A stretch of 64,000 bases of DNA, taken from an uncultured virus (IMG/VR IMGVR_UViG_2916515220_000006). Taxonomy: Duplodnaviria; Heunggongvirae; Uroviricota; Caudoviricetes. The notes beneath the pieces are model-generated. The model saw only the letters and a program-made list of their open reading frames with translations. It searched no databases and had not been told where the DNA came from. Of this stretch, positions 1 to 9,393 are shown piece by piece; position 1 is the first letter of the stretch; every line of letters begins with the position of its first letter. Made by a program: the position numbers and the translations under genes. The stretch lies in IMG/VR virus record IMGVR_UViG_2916515220_000006; one strand, given 5' to 3'.

Positions 1-3000
1 ATGACTTCGATCATTTCTTCCCTGAATGTCAATCAGATCAAATATCTTTCGACAGCAGCAGTTGCAGCCTGGACAACCGATGAGGTGGCGACGCTTTCCA
101 CGGCTCAGATTAAAGCGCTTTCTTCCGATCAAGTCGCGGCACTGGATGCAGAGGATGTCAAAGTCCTCAACTCCCGACAGTTAAGCGCCATCTCACAGGG
201 CGCCATCATCGGTTTGACGTTGGATCAGCTGAACATCCTCGATCAATACGCCATCAAGAGCCTGAGTGCGGGTCAGATTTCTGCGCTCACCACCACGCAG
301 ATCGATGCGCTGACGGTCGATCAAGCGGAGGCGTTGACCGCGCCCCAGGTGAGCGCCCTCAAAGCAACGCAACTTGCGGCCTTCAGCGCGGAGGAATTAG
401 CGACCTTCTCGACCGCCGATATTGCGGCGATAGCCGCGAGAGCCATGCCCGGCTTGAGCACGGAGGCGATCGCAGCGCTTACCCCAGATCAGATCGCGGC
501 TCTGAACATAAGCGCCATTGCGAGCCTGACGACCGATCAGATCGCGGTTTTGAGTCCAGGTCAGATCGAAGCCCTGTCGCCCGCACAGATCAGGATGCTG
601 AATTCGGCGCAACTCGCGGCCTTCAGCGTGGAGGATATAGCAACCTTCTCGACCGCCGATATTGCGGCGATCAACGCCAAGGCCCTGCCGGGCATGACCA
701 CGGATAGTGTCGCCGCCCTGTCCCTCGATCAGATCGCCGCATTGACGGCAGCTCAGGTTGCCGCACTCAAAACGACACAGGTCGCGGCCTTCAGCGTCGG
801 CCAGATCGAAGCCCTGTCGCCGGCGCAGGTGATGGCGCTGAGTTCGGCGCAACTCGCGGTGCTCAGCACGGATGCCATAGCGGCCTTCTCCCTCGCCGAC
901 CTCGCGGCGGTGACGGCCAGAGCCGTGCCGGGCCTGAGCACGCAGGCGCTATCAGGCTTTACCCCCGATCAGACCGCTGCCCTCAGCACGGGCGTAATTG
1001 CAAGCCTGACGACCGATCAGATCGAAGTCTTGAGTACCGATCAGATCGCAGCCTTGACGACGGCTCAGATTGCCGCACTCGGGACGAAACAGATTTCGGC
1101 TTTCAGCACGAGCCAGATCGAGGCCCTGTCACCGGCGCAGGTGAAGGCGTTGAGTGCGGCGCAACTCACCGCCCTCGGCGCCGAGGATATAGCAACCTTC
1201 TCCACCGCTGATATCGCGGCGATCAACAGCAAAGCAATCTTCCGCCTGGGTACGGAGGCGATCGCTTCGCTTAGCGATGATCAGATCGCAGCCTTGACGA
1301 CAGCCCAGCTCAACGCCCTCAGCGCAGCGCAGTTTCAAGTCCTGAACGCCACTCAGATCGAACTCCTGTCGACCGCCCAGATTGCCGCCCTGAACGCCGG
1401 CGTGATCGCAAGCCTGACAGCAGATCAGATCGACATCTTGAGCACCAGTCAGGTCGAGGCCCTGTCCTCCGCGCAGGTGAGGTCGCTGAGTTCGACGCAA
1501 CTCGCGGCCCTGCGTCTGGAGCAGCTGATGACATTCTCGACCGCTGATGTCGCGGCAATCACGAACAAGGCCCTGCCGGGCCTGAGCGTGGATGCTATCG
1601 CCGCGCTGACCAGAGATCAGATCGCTGCTCTAAGCGCCAGCGCAGTCACGGGCCTGACCACCGATCAGGTCGAAGCCCTCAGTCGCGATCAGGTCGGCCT
1701 TCTCTCCGCCGCGCAGCTTAAAGCGTTGAGTTCGGCGCAGGTCGCTGCCCTTGGCAGCGATGTGACGGTCCTCTCCACCAGCCAAACCGCAATGTTGGGT
1801 GCAGCGGGTGTCAGGGGCCTGAGCGCCGATCAGATTGCCGCCATGAGCGTCGGTCAGTTTTCGGCCTTGACCGCAGTCCAGATCAGCGCGCTCAGCGCGG
1901 CGCAGATCGCGGCCGTGAGCGAGGACACCATAAAATCACTTTCGCCGGTCCAGATCGCGGCCATAAGCGCCGCAGGCATCGCGGGACTTTCAACCAGTCA
2001 GATCACCGCTTTGAGCACCGATCAGATTTCACGTCTGACCACCCGGCAGATGGCAAGCTTAAGCTCGGCGCAAATTGCCGGTCTGGGCACAGACGACATA
2101 GCTGCTCTTTCAAAAAACCAGATCGCTTCCATAAGTGCCGCAGGCATTATGGGACTGAGCGCCGAGCAGCTGGCGACCTTCAGCACCGGTCAGGCCAGCG
2201 CCCTGACGGGCGCGCAGATTGTCAATCTCGATTCCACGCAGATTTCGGCACTGGGCACGGATGATCTCGCGACATTCACACCCAGGGAGATTGCCGCCAT
2301 CGGTTCGACGGCGATCCCGGGCTTGTCGACCGAAACGATGGTGTCCCTGACGACGGCGCAGATCGCCGCCCTGAATACGCAAAGCATCAGTGCACTGAGC
2401 ACGGCGCAGATCGCCGCCCTGACCACCGCTCAGGTGGCTGCCCTGACCCCTGCACAGGTCAGCGCGCTCTCCTTGAAGCAGATCGCCGTCTTGAGCACGG
2501 ATGACATTGCAACATTCTCGACCAAGGATATTGCCGCGATCAGCTTAAACGCGATCCAAGGTCTGTCGACCGAGACCCTAGCCTCCATGACAACGGGTCA
2601 GATTTCGGCTCTCAACGCACAAAGCATCGGCGCGCTGACCACCGCGCAGATTGCCGCCTTGACGACGGCACAGGTGGAGGCTTTGACCACCGCACAGGTC
2701 GGCGCTCTCACCTCGAAACAGATCGCCGTCTTGAGCACGGAGGACATTGCAACATTCTCCGCCAGGGATATTGCCGCGATCAGCGCCAGCGCCATCCCCG
2801 GCCTGTCAACGGAGACCATAGCCTCCTTGACGACGATGCAGATTGCCGCCCTGAGTTCCGCTGGCATTGGTGGACTGAGCACCGGGCAGGTGGCCGCCTT
2901 GACCAGCGGTCAGGTGAACGCGCTGACCAATGCCCAAATCCGTGCCCTCGCCTCCAGACAGATTGCGGCGTTGCGCCCGGACGATATCGTCTCGCTTTCA

Positions 3001-5145
3001 GCAAGCCAGATAGCCGCTCTCAGCGCTGCGGGGATTATGGGCCTCACCCCTGATCAGATTGACGCCCTCACCACCGATCAGGTCGCGGCTCTGAACAGCG
3101 CTCAGATCGGCGCGCTTAACTCGAAACAGATTGCCGCCCTCAGTCCTGATGATCTCAACACCTTCACCGCCGCCGAGCTGGCTGCAATCAGCTCCACAGC
3201 GATCCGGGGTCTGTCGACAGCAACGGTCGCTTTGCTGACGACGGCTCAGATCGCAGCGCTGGGCACGGCAATATCGGGCATGACCACCGACCAGGTTGCA
3301 GCCCTCGGGACCAATCAGGTGGGCGCCCTGACCAGCGCCCAGGTCAGCGCCCTCACCTCCAGACAGATTGCAGCGCTGGGTACAGACGACATCGCCTCGC
3401 TTTCGGCAAACCAGATCGCCGCTCTCGGCACAGCGGGTGTGACTGGCCTGACCACCGATCAGGTCGCGGCGCTCAGCGCCGATCAGGTCGAGGCCCTGAC
3501 CAGTGCCCAGATCGGCGCTCTCAGCTCCAAACAGCTTGCCGCCCTCGGTGCTGATGACCTCAGCACTTTCACGACCGCGGAGCTGGCCGCAATCAGCCTG
3601 AATGCGATCCCCGGCTTGTCGACGACCACGATCGCTTCGTTGACGACCGCACAGATCGCCGCCTTCGGCACGGCGGCGATAGCCAGCCTGACCATCGACC
3701 AAATTGGCGCGCTCGGCACCAGCCAGGTAGAGGCCATGAGCAACGCCCAAATCGGCGCCTTCACCTCCAAACAGATTGCAGCGCTAGGCACGAATGACAT
3801 CGCCTCGCTTTCAACAGCCCAGATCGCCGCTCTCAGCACGGCGGGCATAACAGGCCTGACCAGCGATCAGATTGTGGCGTTGAGCAACGATCAGGTCGAG
3901 GCTCTGACCGGCGCTCAGATCGGCGCGCTCGACTCGAAACAGATCGTGGCCCTCAGCGCCGATGATCTGGTCACATTTACCAATTCCGAGCTGGCTGCAA
4001 TCGGCATGAATGCGATCGCGGGTCTTTCAACGGAGACCATAGCGTCGCTGACGGCAGCGCAGATCGCAGCATTGAGCCCGGATGCCATCAGTGGGCTGAG
4101 CACCGGGCAGGTGGCCGTCTTGACCAGTAGCCAGTTGAACACCCTGAGCAATGCCCAGGTTAGTGCCCTCACCTCCAGACAGATTGCCGTCCTCAGCCCC
4201 GCCCACATCGCCTCATTCTCGGCAACCCAGATAGCGGCTCTCGATGCTCTGGCTGCATCCGGCTTCAGCGGCGCACAGATCGGCGCCCTGAGTGGTGGGC
4301 AGATCGAAGCGCTCTCCACCCGCCACATCGCATCGTTGAGTTCGGAGGCGCTCACGGGCCTGTCTCCGGCCATGCTGAAAACCTTCTCGCCGGCGGAACT
4401 CGCTGCGATTGGCTCGAACGCGATAAGGGGATTGTCTACCGACTTCATCGCCACATTGTCTTCCACTGACGTTGCGGCCTTGAGTACAGCCGGCGTCGCC
4501 GGATTGACCAGCGACCAGATCGGCGCTTTCGGCAAGGAGCAGATCCGGGCACTCACCACCGGCCAGATCGCCGCGTTGAGTTCAGCCGCACTAGCAGGGT
4601 TGACGGCGGAAGGTCTGGCAACCTTTACCACCGAGGAACTCGCCGCGATCAACTCGTCGGCGATCAGGGGGCTTTCCACCGGCGTCATAGCGTCCCTTTC
4701 CTCTCAGGGTGTAGGCGCACTGACGACAAGCCAGGTGGCTTCGCTGAGCTACGGCCAGGTGGCGGCAATGGGTTCCGCGCAAATCGGAGCCCTGACATTG
4801 ACGCAGGTCGGCGCCCTTAAATCGCTGCAGACAGCCGCATTTGGCGGAGACGATCTCGCCGCATTGTCCACCGAGCAAATCATCAGCTTGAGTTCAAACG
4901 CGATCTCGGGATTGAGCACCAGCGCGCTCGCCGCATTGACGGCCTCGCAGGCGGCGGCCTTCACACCGGGTCAGATCGCCGCCATGAGTTCAGCGCAGGT
5001 CGTGGCTTTGAACAGCGACGATCCAGTCAGCAGCTCCGCCCAAACCATCGCCTCATCCACCGTAGCCGACACGTCGACGACGCAGGCGACGTCTCAACAG
5101 TCGCCAGACGTCGCTGCTGCGATTTTGTCCTACCTGAACGCATGA
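1..5145 (+). CDS. Large octapeptide-repeat (solenoid-like) protein, function unknown
   Basis: 1714-aa ORF built almost entirely of 8-aa units [ST]xxQ[IV]x[AG]L, with 80- and 136-aa higher-order blocks. No Cys and no obvious signal peptide. Ends in an S/T-rich tail followed by PDVAAAILSYLNA. Confidence 0.85.
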   Translation: MTSIISSLNVNQIKYLSTAAVAAWTTDEVATLSTAQIKALSSDQVAALDAEDVKVLNSRQLSAISQGAIIGLTLDQLNILDQYAIKSLSAGQISALTTTQIDALTVDQAEALTAPQVSALKATQLAAFSAEELATFSTADIAAIAARAMPGLSTEAIAALTPDQIAALNISAIASLTTDQIAVLSPGQIEALSPAQIRMLNSAQLAAFSVEDIATFSTADIAAINAKALPGMTTDSVAALSLDQIAALTAAQVAALKTTQVAAFSVGQIEALSPAQVMALSSAQLAVLSTDAIAAFSLADLAAVTARAVPGLSTQALSGFTPDQTAALSTGVIASLTTDQIEVLSTDQIAALTTAQIAALGTKQISAFSTSQIEALSPAQVKALSAAQLTALGAEDIATFSTADIAAINSKAIFRLGTEAIASLSDDQIAALTTAQLNALSAAQFQVLNATQIELLSTAQIAALNAGVIASLTADQIDILSTSQVEALSSAQVRSLSSTQLAALRLEQLMTFSTADVAAITNKALPGLSVDAIAALTRDQIAALSASAVTGLTTDQVEALSRDQVGLLSAAQLKALSSAQVAALGSDVTVLSTSQTAMLGAAGVRGLSADQIAAMSVGQFSALTAVQISALSAAQIAAVSEDTIKSLSPVQIAAISAAGIAGLSTSQITALSTDQISRLTTRQMASLSSAQIAGLGTDDIAALSKNQIASISAAGIMGLSAEQLATFSTGQASALTGAQIVNLDSTQISALGTDDLATFTPREIAAIGSTAIPGLSTETMVSLTTAQIAALNTQSISALSTAQIAALTTAQVAALTPAQVSALSLKQIAVLSTDDIATFSTKDIAAISLNAIQGLSTETLASMTTGQISALNAQSIGALTTAQIAALTTAQVEALTTAQVGALTSKQIAVLSTEDIATFSARDIAAISASAIPGLSTETIASLTTMQIAALSSAGIGGLSTGQVAALTSGQVNALTNAQIRALASRQIAALRPDDIVSLSASQIAALSAAGIMGLTPDQIDALTTDQVAALNSAQIGALNSKQIAALSPDDLNTFTAAELAAISSTAIRGLSTATVALLTTAQIAALGTAISGMTTDQVAALGTNQVGALTSAQVSALTSRQIAALGTDDIASLSANQIAALGTAGVTGLTTDQVAALSADQVEALTSAQIGALSSKQLAALGADDLSTFTTAELAAISLNAIPGLSTTTIASLTTAQIAAFGTAAIASLTIDQIGALGTSQVEAMSNAQIGAFTSKQIAALGTNDIASLSTAQIAALSTAGITGLTSDQIVALSNDQVEALTGAQIGALDSKQIVALSADDLVTFTNSELAAIGMNAIAGLSTETIASLTAAQIAALSPDAISGLSTGQVAVLTSSQLNTLSNAQVSALTSRQIAVLSPAHIASFSATQIAALDALAASGFSGAQIGALSGGQIEALSTRHIASLSSEALTGLSPAMLKTFSPAELAAIGSNAIRGLSTDFIATLSSTDVAALSTAGVAGLTSDQIGAFGKEQIRALTTGQIAALSSAALAGLTAEGLATFTTEELAAINSSAIRGLSTGVIASLSSQGVGALTTSQVASLSYGQVAAMGSAQIGALTLTQVGALKSLQTAAFGGDDLAALSTEQIISLSSNAISGLSTSALAALTASQAAAFTPGQIAAMSSAQVVALNSDDPVSSSAQTIASSTVADTSTTQATSQQSPDVAAAILSYLNA

Positions 5146-5183
5146 CCTTCAGTGCGACGCATGCTGGAGTAAAGAAAGATAGC

Positions 5184-5230
5184 TGGAGCGGGTGAAGGGA
5201 ATCGAACCCTCGTATTCAGCTTGGGAAGCT
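5184..5230 (-). repeat. att core: 3' 47 nt of tRNA-Gly(CCC), left boundary of prophage 1
   Basis: Reverse complement AGCTTCCCAAGCTGAATACGAGGGTTCGATTCCCTTCACCCGCTCCA gives the anticodon arm (CCC), T-arm and CCA end. The D-arm and 5' acceptor strand are missing. Identical to 47083-47129. Confidence 0.95.
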
Positions 5231-5262
5231 CGATCTATGTCAGGAATTTCAAGCACTTGCGG

Positions 5263-5321
5263 GTAAAACTCGTTTTCTCGCGTCAAAATTCTCTCAATGT
5301 TTTCAATAGCGCTGTAAAACT
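5263..5321. promoter_or_regulatory. Putative integrase arm-type sites (GTAAAACT), left end
   Basis: GTAAAACT at 5263-5270 and GCTGTAAAACT at 5311-5321. The same motif is tandemly repeated at 47013-47036, inside the other att. Confidence 0.6.
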
Positions 5322-5356
5322 TTGCCAGTCCTAAAACATGGCGGAGCCACTCCATA

Positions 5357-5391
5357 TTGACTCTCTTCTAAAATGAGAACATTTATAGAAC
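5357..5391 (+). promoter_or_regulatory. Promoter with alphaproteobacterial LexA (SOS) box
   Basis: TTGACT -35 element at 5357-5362. GAAC-ATTTATA-GAAC (GAAC-N7-GAAC) at 5377-5391 overlaps the -10 region, 19 nt upstream of ATG 5411. Confidence 0.8.
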
Positions 5392-5410
5392 AAACGAGAG
5401 AGCAAGAGAT

Positions 5411-5650
5411 ATGTCAGACGCCGAAAAGATCATCGTAGTACAGTTCAAAAAGGGACGCGGAGGCATTGTGCCGGGCGACATGCGACCCGCAACCAGCCAA
5501 GCATCCGCTGAAAAAATTGCTAGCGCCATGGCACCGCGTCATATCGGCGTTGCGGCATACGCCGTTACCGTGGACGAAGAAAGCGGCAGCATGGCTAACC
5601 CTCGCCTGCTGGTCCAGCACGGCCAAATTGCCGACCTTATGCCAGACTGA
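5411..5650 (+). CDS. Small hypothetical protein, first gene of the LexA-boxed cassette
   Basis: 79-aa ORF with a purine-rich RBS, directly downstream of the SOS box. Confidence 0.75.
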   Translation: MSDAEKIIVVQFKKGRGGIVPGDMRPATSQASAEKIASAMAPRHIGVAAYAVTVDEESGSMANPRLLVQHGQIADLMPD

Positions 5651-5723
5651 TTTACCGGCGCGGGGGCGCGCGCCTTTTCATGACAGGGGAAACTTTGCGG
5701 CTCTGAAACAGGAGATTGGAAAC

Positions 5724-5918
5724 GTGCGCCCGAACGCAATCAAACAGCCGGACGATATCGCGGCCTATGTCATTCAGTGCCATGACGGCAATGCTGTTGC
5801 CGCCGTGGAAACCTTGCTAGACGAAATCCACCATCTGCAAAACCAGCTATCCATCGCCGTCGCAGCGATGGGCCGGGGATATACACGCGGATGGAAGCCG
5901 AGCGCCGAACGAGAATGA
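5724..5918 (+). CDS. Small helical hypothetical protein
   Basis: GTG start after GGAGA RBS; product VRPNAIKQPDDIAAYVIQCHDGNAVAAVETLLDEI... This is the 3' part of listed ORF 5466..5918. Confidence 0.65.
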   Translation: MRPNAIKQPDDIAAYVIQCHDGNAVAAVETLLDEIHHLQNQLSIAVAAMGRGYTRGWKPSAERE

Positions 5919-5919
5919 C

Positions 5920-6228
5920 ATGCGCCATCGTCGCGGCATCGATCTAACCGGCGGCAATAATGACAACATGCCACCAAAGCCGACAGGCATTTTTGTACCG
6001 CAGCGCGATCACTCGGCGACCTTGGCCGATCTGCCGCAATGGTATGTCGTCGGCGCGCAATGCTGGCGCTGCAAACGCGTCGGTATGTTGGACAGGTGGG
6101 CGCTACAGCGTCGTTATGGAAAATTCCGGCCCATCATATCCATGGAACCGCTCTTGAGGTGTCTTGGCTGCGGCAATCGCGAGAAAAACAGTTTCGTTCT
6201 GGCGCGCGCAAAGAGGGACTGGCCATGA
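5920..6228 (+). CDS. Zn-ribbon-like protein
   Basis: Two CxxC pairs (CWRC, CLGC); closely packed in the operon. Confidence 0.7.
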   Translation: MRHRRGIDLTGGNNDNMPPKPTGIFVPQRDHSATLADLPQWYVVGAQCWRCKRVGMLDRWALQRRYGKFRPIISMEPLLRCLGCGNREKNSFVLARAKRDWP

Positions 6229-6545
6229 ACTATGAGCCGCAGCCCGGCACCTATGGTTATTTGTGGGTCAACTGCTACACCGTGACGGCCTACTGCACGC
6301 CGTGTAGCCGCGTCGTCAAAGTCGATCTAGAGATGATGCCACCCGAGCAAAGCTACATCAACAGGCGCTGGAGGTGCCAGTATTGCCACGGGTTAGGGCA
6401 AGCTAATTTAAGCCCGGATCATTCGCCGCGAGACTCACCCGCCGCCAAAGCGCTTGAAATCGAGAGGGCGCGCCGCAAGGAGGCGCTGACCCAGCGGATG
6501 GCCCTCAAACGCAAAAAGCCGCCCGGCGAACCAGACGGCTTTTGA
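6225..6545 (+). CDS. Zn-ribbon-like protein
   Basis: ATGA overlap with the previous gene; CTPC and CQYC pairs; basic C-terminus. Confidence 0.7.
   Translation: MNYEPQPGTYGYLWVNCYTVTAYCTPCSRVVKVDLEMMPPEQSYINRRWRCQYCHGLGQANLSPDHSPRDSPAAKALEIERARRKEALTQRMALKRKKPPGEPDGF
6513..6544. terminator. Probable bidirectional intrinsic terminator
   Basis: AAAAAGCCG-N14-CGGCTTTT lies between the convergent SOS cassette and holin. Confidence 0.6.
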
Positions 6546-6561
6546 CAATGGTAGGGATTGA

Positions 6562-6885
6562 TCAACCGGCCATGCGCCTGTCAAACCACTTATGGAACAG
6601 CGCTTCGACACCGCGCGGCCCGAGATAGGCCAGAAGCGCAATCAACCCGGTTGATGCAGGCTGACCAAGATCGGCGTAGGCGGCTGCACTTTCTCCGATG
6701 ACTGCCATGCCGAGCGCGACCGGCAGTTCCCAAAACAGTTCGATGCCGAAGAACTTGCGGCGACCCTTCCGGGCCTCGTTGCCGTGCCACATGAACCGCC
6801 CAAGCAAGGCGGCGATAATGGTGGTGAAGGCACCGCCAACCCAAGCATTCATCAGTTCGATGAAAGAAGTGTACTTTTCCGGCAT
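6562..6885 (-). CDS. Holin (3-TM, GTA-holin-like)
   Basis: 107 aa with three hydrophobic segments and a LAYLGPRG motif; last gene of the lysis cassette. Confidence 0.8.
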   Translation of the reverse strand: MPEKYTSFIELMNAWVGGAFTTIIAALLGRFMWHGNEARKGRRKFFGIELFWELPVALGMAVIGESAAAYADLGQPASTGLIALLAYLGPRGVEALFHKWFDRRMAG

Positions 6886-6886
6886 A

Positions 6887-7105
6887 TCAGCGCCCTTTGC
6901 CATGCCGGGCGCATTCGTCCCGGTTCCAGACGTCGCCGCCGCAAAGGCCCACAACAGTCCTGTCGATTTTTCTTTGATCTTCCGGCGTTGCACCACGCGC
7001 GCCGATGAGGTCAGTCCCGACCACCCGGCGCAGGCCGGATACATCGCCCGGCCCCGAAATCCCACACCCCGCCAGCGCAATCGTCAAAACGCCCACGAGC
7101 ACCAT
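6887..7105 (-). CDS. o-spanin-like lipoprotein (Rz1-like)
   Basis: LAGC lipobox after a hydrophobic stretch; overlaps the upstream membrane gene in another frame. Confidence 0.7.
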   Translation of the reverse strand: MVLVGVLTIALAGCGISGPGDVSGLRRVVGTDLIGARGATPEDQRKIDRTVVGLCGGDVWNRDECARHGKGR

Positions 7106-7250
7106 CCGCCCGATCCCCAGCCGCATTATTCTGCCTTTCAGTTTTGGTGACCGCGCGGTACGTCGCGTTGCGGTCGATGTAGAGGATGCCGGTGGCGATG
7201 AGAGACACCGCCGCCAGCCCGAGCAAAAGATAAAATCCGGTTTTCGCCAT
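7011..7250 (-). CDS. i-spanin-like protein (Rz-like)
   Basis: N-terminal TM followed by a helical periplasmic part; immediately follows the endolysin. Confidence 0.65.
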   Translation of the reverse strand: MAKTGFYLLLGLAAVSLIATGILYIDRNATYRAVTKTERQNNAAGDRADGARGRFDDCAGGVWDFGAGRCIRPAPGGRD

Positions 7251-8179
7251 CACACCGCGACCTCGCGACCGAACAAACTGTTGATCCGCCGGGAAAGGAC
7301 ATCGCGTTTGCGGTAGGCGATGACGCCGAGCACCACCGCCGCCGTAAGCAGCGCGATCCACCCCCAGGGCAAACCGAGCGACCATGCAGCAAAGCCGGAA
7401 CCGAAGAGCGAGCCTGCACCGCCCTGCACCGCCTCTTTCGTGGCGGCAGCGTCACGACGCAACTGCGACAAGGTGGCGGGACCAATGATGCCATCGGCAA
7501 CAAGGTGCGGGTGCGCAGACTGATATGCCTTGACTGCGGCGGCAGTCTTTTCGCCCATCCACCCATCAATTGCGCCGGGATTGAAGCCCTTCGCAGAAAG
7601 GATAGCCTGCGCTTCCTTCACCACCGGATCGGGCTGCGTCGGCGCATTCTCTTGGGCGGAGCGCGGTACGCCTTCACCGACGCCCGTATAGATACCCTTT
7701 TCGAACAAAAGGGCCTCTTCCTTGCGCCTGCGAACGAGACCGGGCAGCTTCTTGCCACCAGCAGTATTATGATGACTGCCGAGGTAATCCGCAGCCTGCT
7801 TGGGTTTTCCTGCGCGCCACAGCTTCGCCCACTGCCAATCCATAGCGCCAGTGCCGAGATTGAATATCGCCGACACTGCCGCATCCATTTCATGCTGTTT
7901 GCGCGCATCCGGCGACTTGGCGACCACGGCAGGCTCGAATTCATCGCGAAGCACCGCCGCGAAAATGGAGTCCGATTGTGCTGACGTGAGTTTCGTTTTG
8001 CCCGGCACCAGCTTTGTAATACCGATCTTTTCCAGTTCGCGGCGAACAGCCCGGCTTCGCATCGTGAAGCCGCGCCCGATGGTCGGAATGCGGACAGGGT
8101 CAAGATAACAGGTAAGGGGGTTGCCTTCATGAGCGTCCATAAAGGTACGCCCACGCGGTGACGTGGTCACAACGGACAT
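7250..8179 (-). CDS. Endolysin: GH24 lysozyme, peptidoglycan-binding domain and C-terminal TM
   Basis: HEG...YLDPVRIPTIGRG catalytic pattern, LPGLVRRRKEEA, PG_binding_1-like DGWMGEKT...DGIIGPAT, and a hydrophobic C-terminus. Confidence 0.9.
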   Translation of the reverse strand: MSVVTTSPRGRTFMDAHEGNPLTCYLDPVRIPTIGRGFTMRSRAVRRELEKIGITKLVPGKTKLTSAQSDSIFAAVLRDEFEPAVVAKSPDARKQHEMDAAVSAIFNLGTGAMDWQWAKLWRAGKPKQAADYLGSHHNTAGGKKLPGLVRRRKEEALLFEKGIYTGVGEGVPRSAQENAPTQPDPVVKEAQAILSAKGFNPGAIDGWMGEKTAAAVKAYQSAHPHLVADGIIGPATLSQLRRDAAATKEAVQGGAGSLFGSGFAAWSLGLPWGWIALLTAAVVLGVIAYRKRDVLSRRINSLFGREVAV

Positions 8180-8230
8180 GGATATCTCCTTGAGATTTTA
8201 GTGGAAGAATGATGGGAGCGCGACCGCGCT

Positions 8231-9391
8231 CTAGTTCTCGTCTGTCCGCCCGAAGCGGCGCGGGGTCAGGAAAGAGGAAGGCGTGGCCGGGGTGCCGGGC
8301 GCACTGTTCGGGGCAACCTTACCGGTCGCTTTCGCAGCATCCGGGGCGGCGCTGGAACTGCTGCTTTCCGTGCCGGCCGATTTCTCGGTTGCTGATTTGC
8401 CATCGTAGAGCCTGCCCGAAACCGCCACTTCAAGAGCGCCGGTTTTGGTGTAGGCCGTTTTGGCCGTCTTGATAATGTACGGCACGCCGTCAACGCCGGG
8501 CCGAACATCGGCGAACAACAATGGCAAGCCTGCATCAATACCTGCATCGCCGATCACGGTGACAGACACCGAACCTTCGCCGCGCTGCAATTCCTTGGCC
8601 TTGGCCTGCGCCGCCTTATCGGCTTCGGCGGGCGATGCATAAGGTTCCGGCAAACGATAAACGCTGTCGCCGTCAGCATCCGCATCGGCGTCGATTTCCA
8701 CCCGTTCAGCCTTGTCGGAATCCTGATAGTAGGCCACGACCTTGCTATATTTCGTGCGGTCGTTGATTTCGACTTTCAGGCTCCCGACCTTGATTTTCTC
8801 AGGCGTCAGGATGATGGAGCCGAGCGGCGCGCCGGACGCAGACAAACCAGAACCGAGCCGCGTGAAAATCAGGCGCTTTTGCTTGACGGCGAAGAGGCCG
8901 TTATGCCGCTCCGCAAGCCGCCGCAGGAAATTGATATTGCTTTCGTCCTGTTGCGCCAGCCATTCATATTCGAAGTCCGCAAGATCGTCATCAATGGCAG
9001 GCGTCAGCCCGCTTTCGCTGGCGATGCGAGACAGGATATCGCCGAGCTTCGCTTTATCCCATGACCGTTCCTGCCGCTCTTTCAGCTTTCCGCTGCGCAG
9101 GTCCGCAGCTTTGCCAGAGATAGACATTTTATAGGGCAGGCAATCAACGTTGACTTTGTCGGCGGTGAAGACACCTTTCGGCACCAGATCATCACCGAAA
9201 CCCATCTTGACCGAGATGATGGCACCCTTACGCGGGATCGCCAGAAAGTTCGGCGGTCCGTCATTAAGTTCGATATCCACCGTATCGGACTTCATGCCCT
9301 CTTCGTCAGTGACGGTCAGAGAGATCAAGCGCTCATAGAAATGGCCTGCCACCGGCACGCCGTCGATACTCACCTCCACGCGCGGCTTCAT
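8231..9391 (-). CDS. Phage late control/baseplate hub protein (P2 GpD-like)
   Basis: SLTVTDEEGMKSD and QQDESNINFLRRLAER motifs; position after GpX. Confidence 0.85.
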   Translation of the reverse strand: MKPRVEVSIDGVPVAGHFYERLISLTVTDEEGMKSDTVDIELNDGPPNFLAIPRKGAIISVKMGFGDDLVPKGVFTADKVNVDCLPYKMSISGKAADLRSGKLKERQERSWDKAKLGDILSRIASESGLTPAIDDDLADFEYEWLAQQDESNINFLRRLAERHNGLFAVKQKRLIFTRLGSGLSASGAPLGSIILTPEKIKVGSLKVEINDRTKYSKVVAYYQDSDKAERVEIDADADADGDSVYRLPEPYASPAEADKAAQAKAKELQRGEGSVSVTVIGDAGIDAGLPLLFADVRPGVDGVPYIIKTAKTAYTKTGALEVAVSGRLYDGKSATEKSAGTESSSSSAAPDAAKATGKVAPNSAPGTPATPSSFLTPRRFGRTDEN

Positions 9392-9393
9392 GG

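Noticed and set aside
1..5145. Ice nucleation protein
   Set aside because: The period is 8 aa but the AGYGSTxTA consensus and TxT ladders are absent; the repeat is an amphipathic Q-I-x-A-L type.
5184..5230. Functional tRNA-Gly genes at 5184 and 47083
   Set aside because: Both lack the 5' acceptor strand and D-arm; they are att remnants.
5149..5355. ORFs 5149..5355 and 46931..47152 sharing the peptide ASQAEYEGSIPFTRS
   Set aside because: The shared peptide is just the translated tRNA-derived att repeat; these are not genes.
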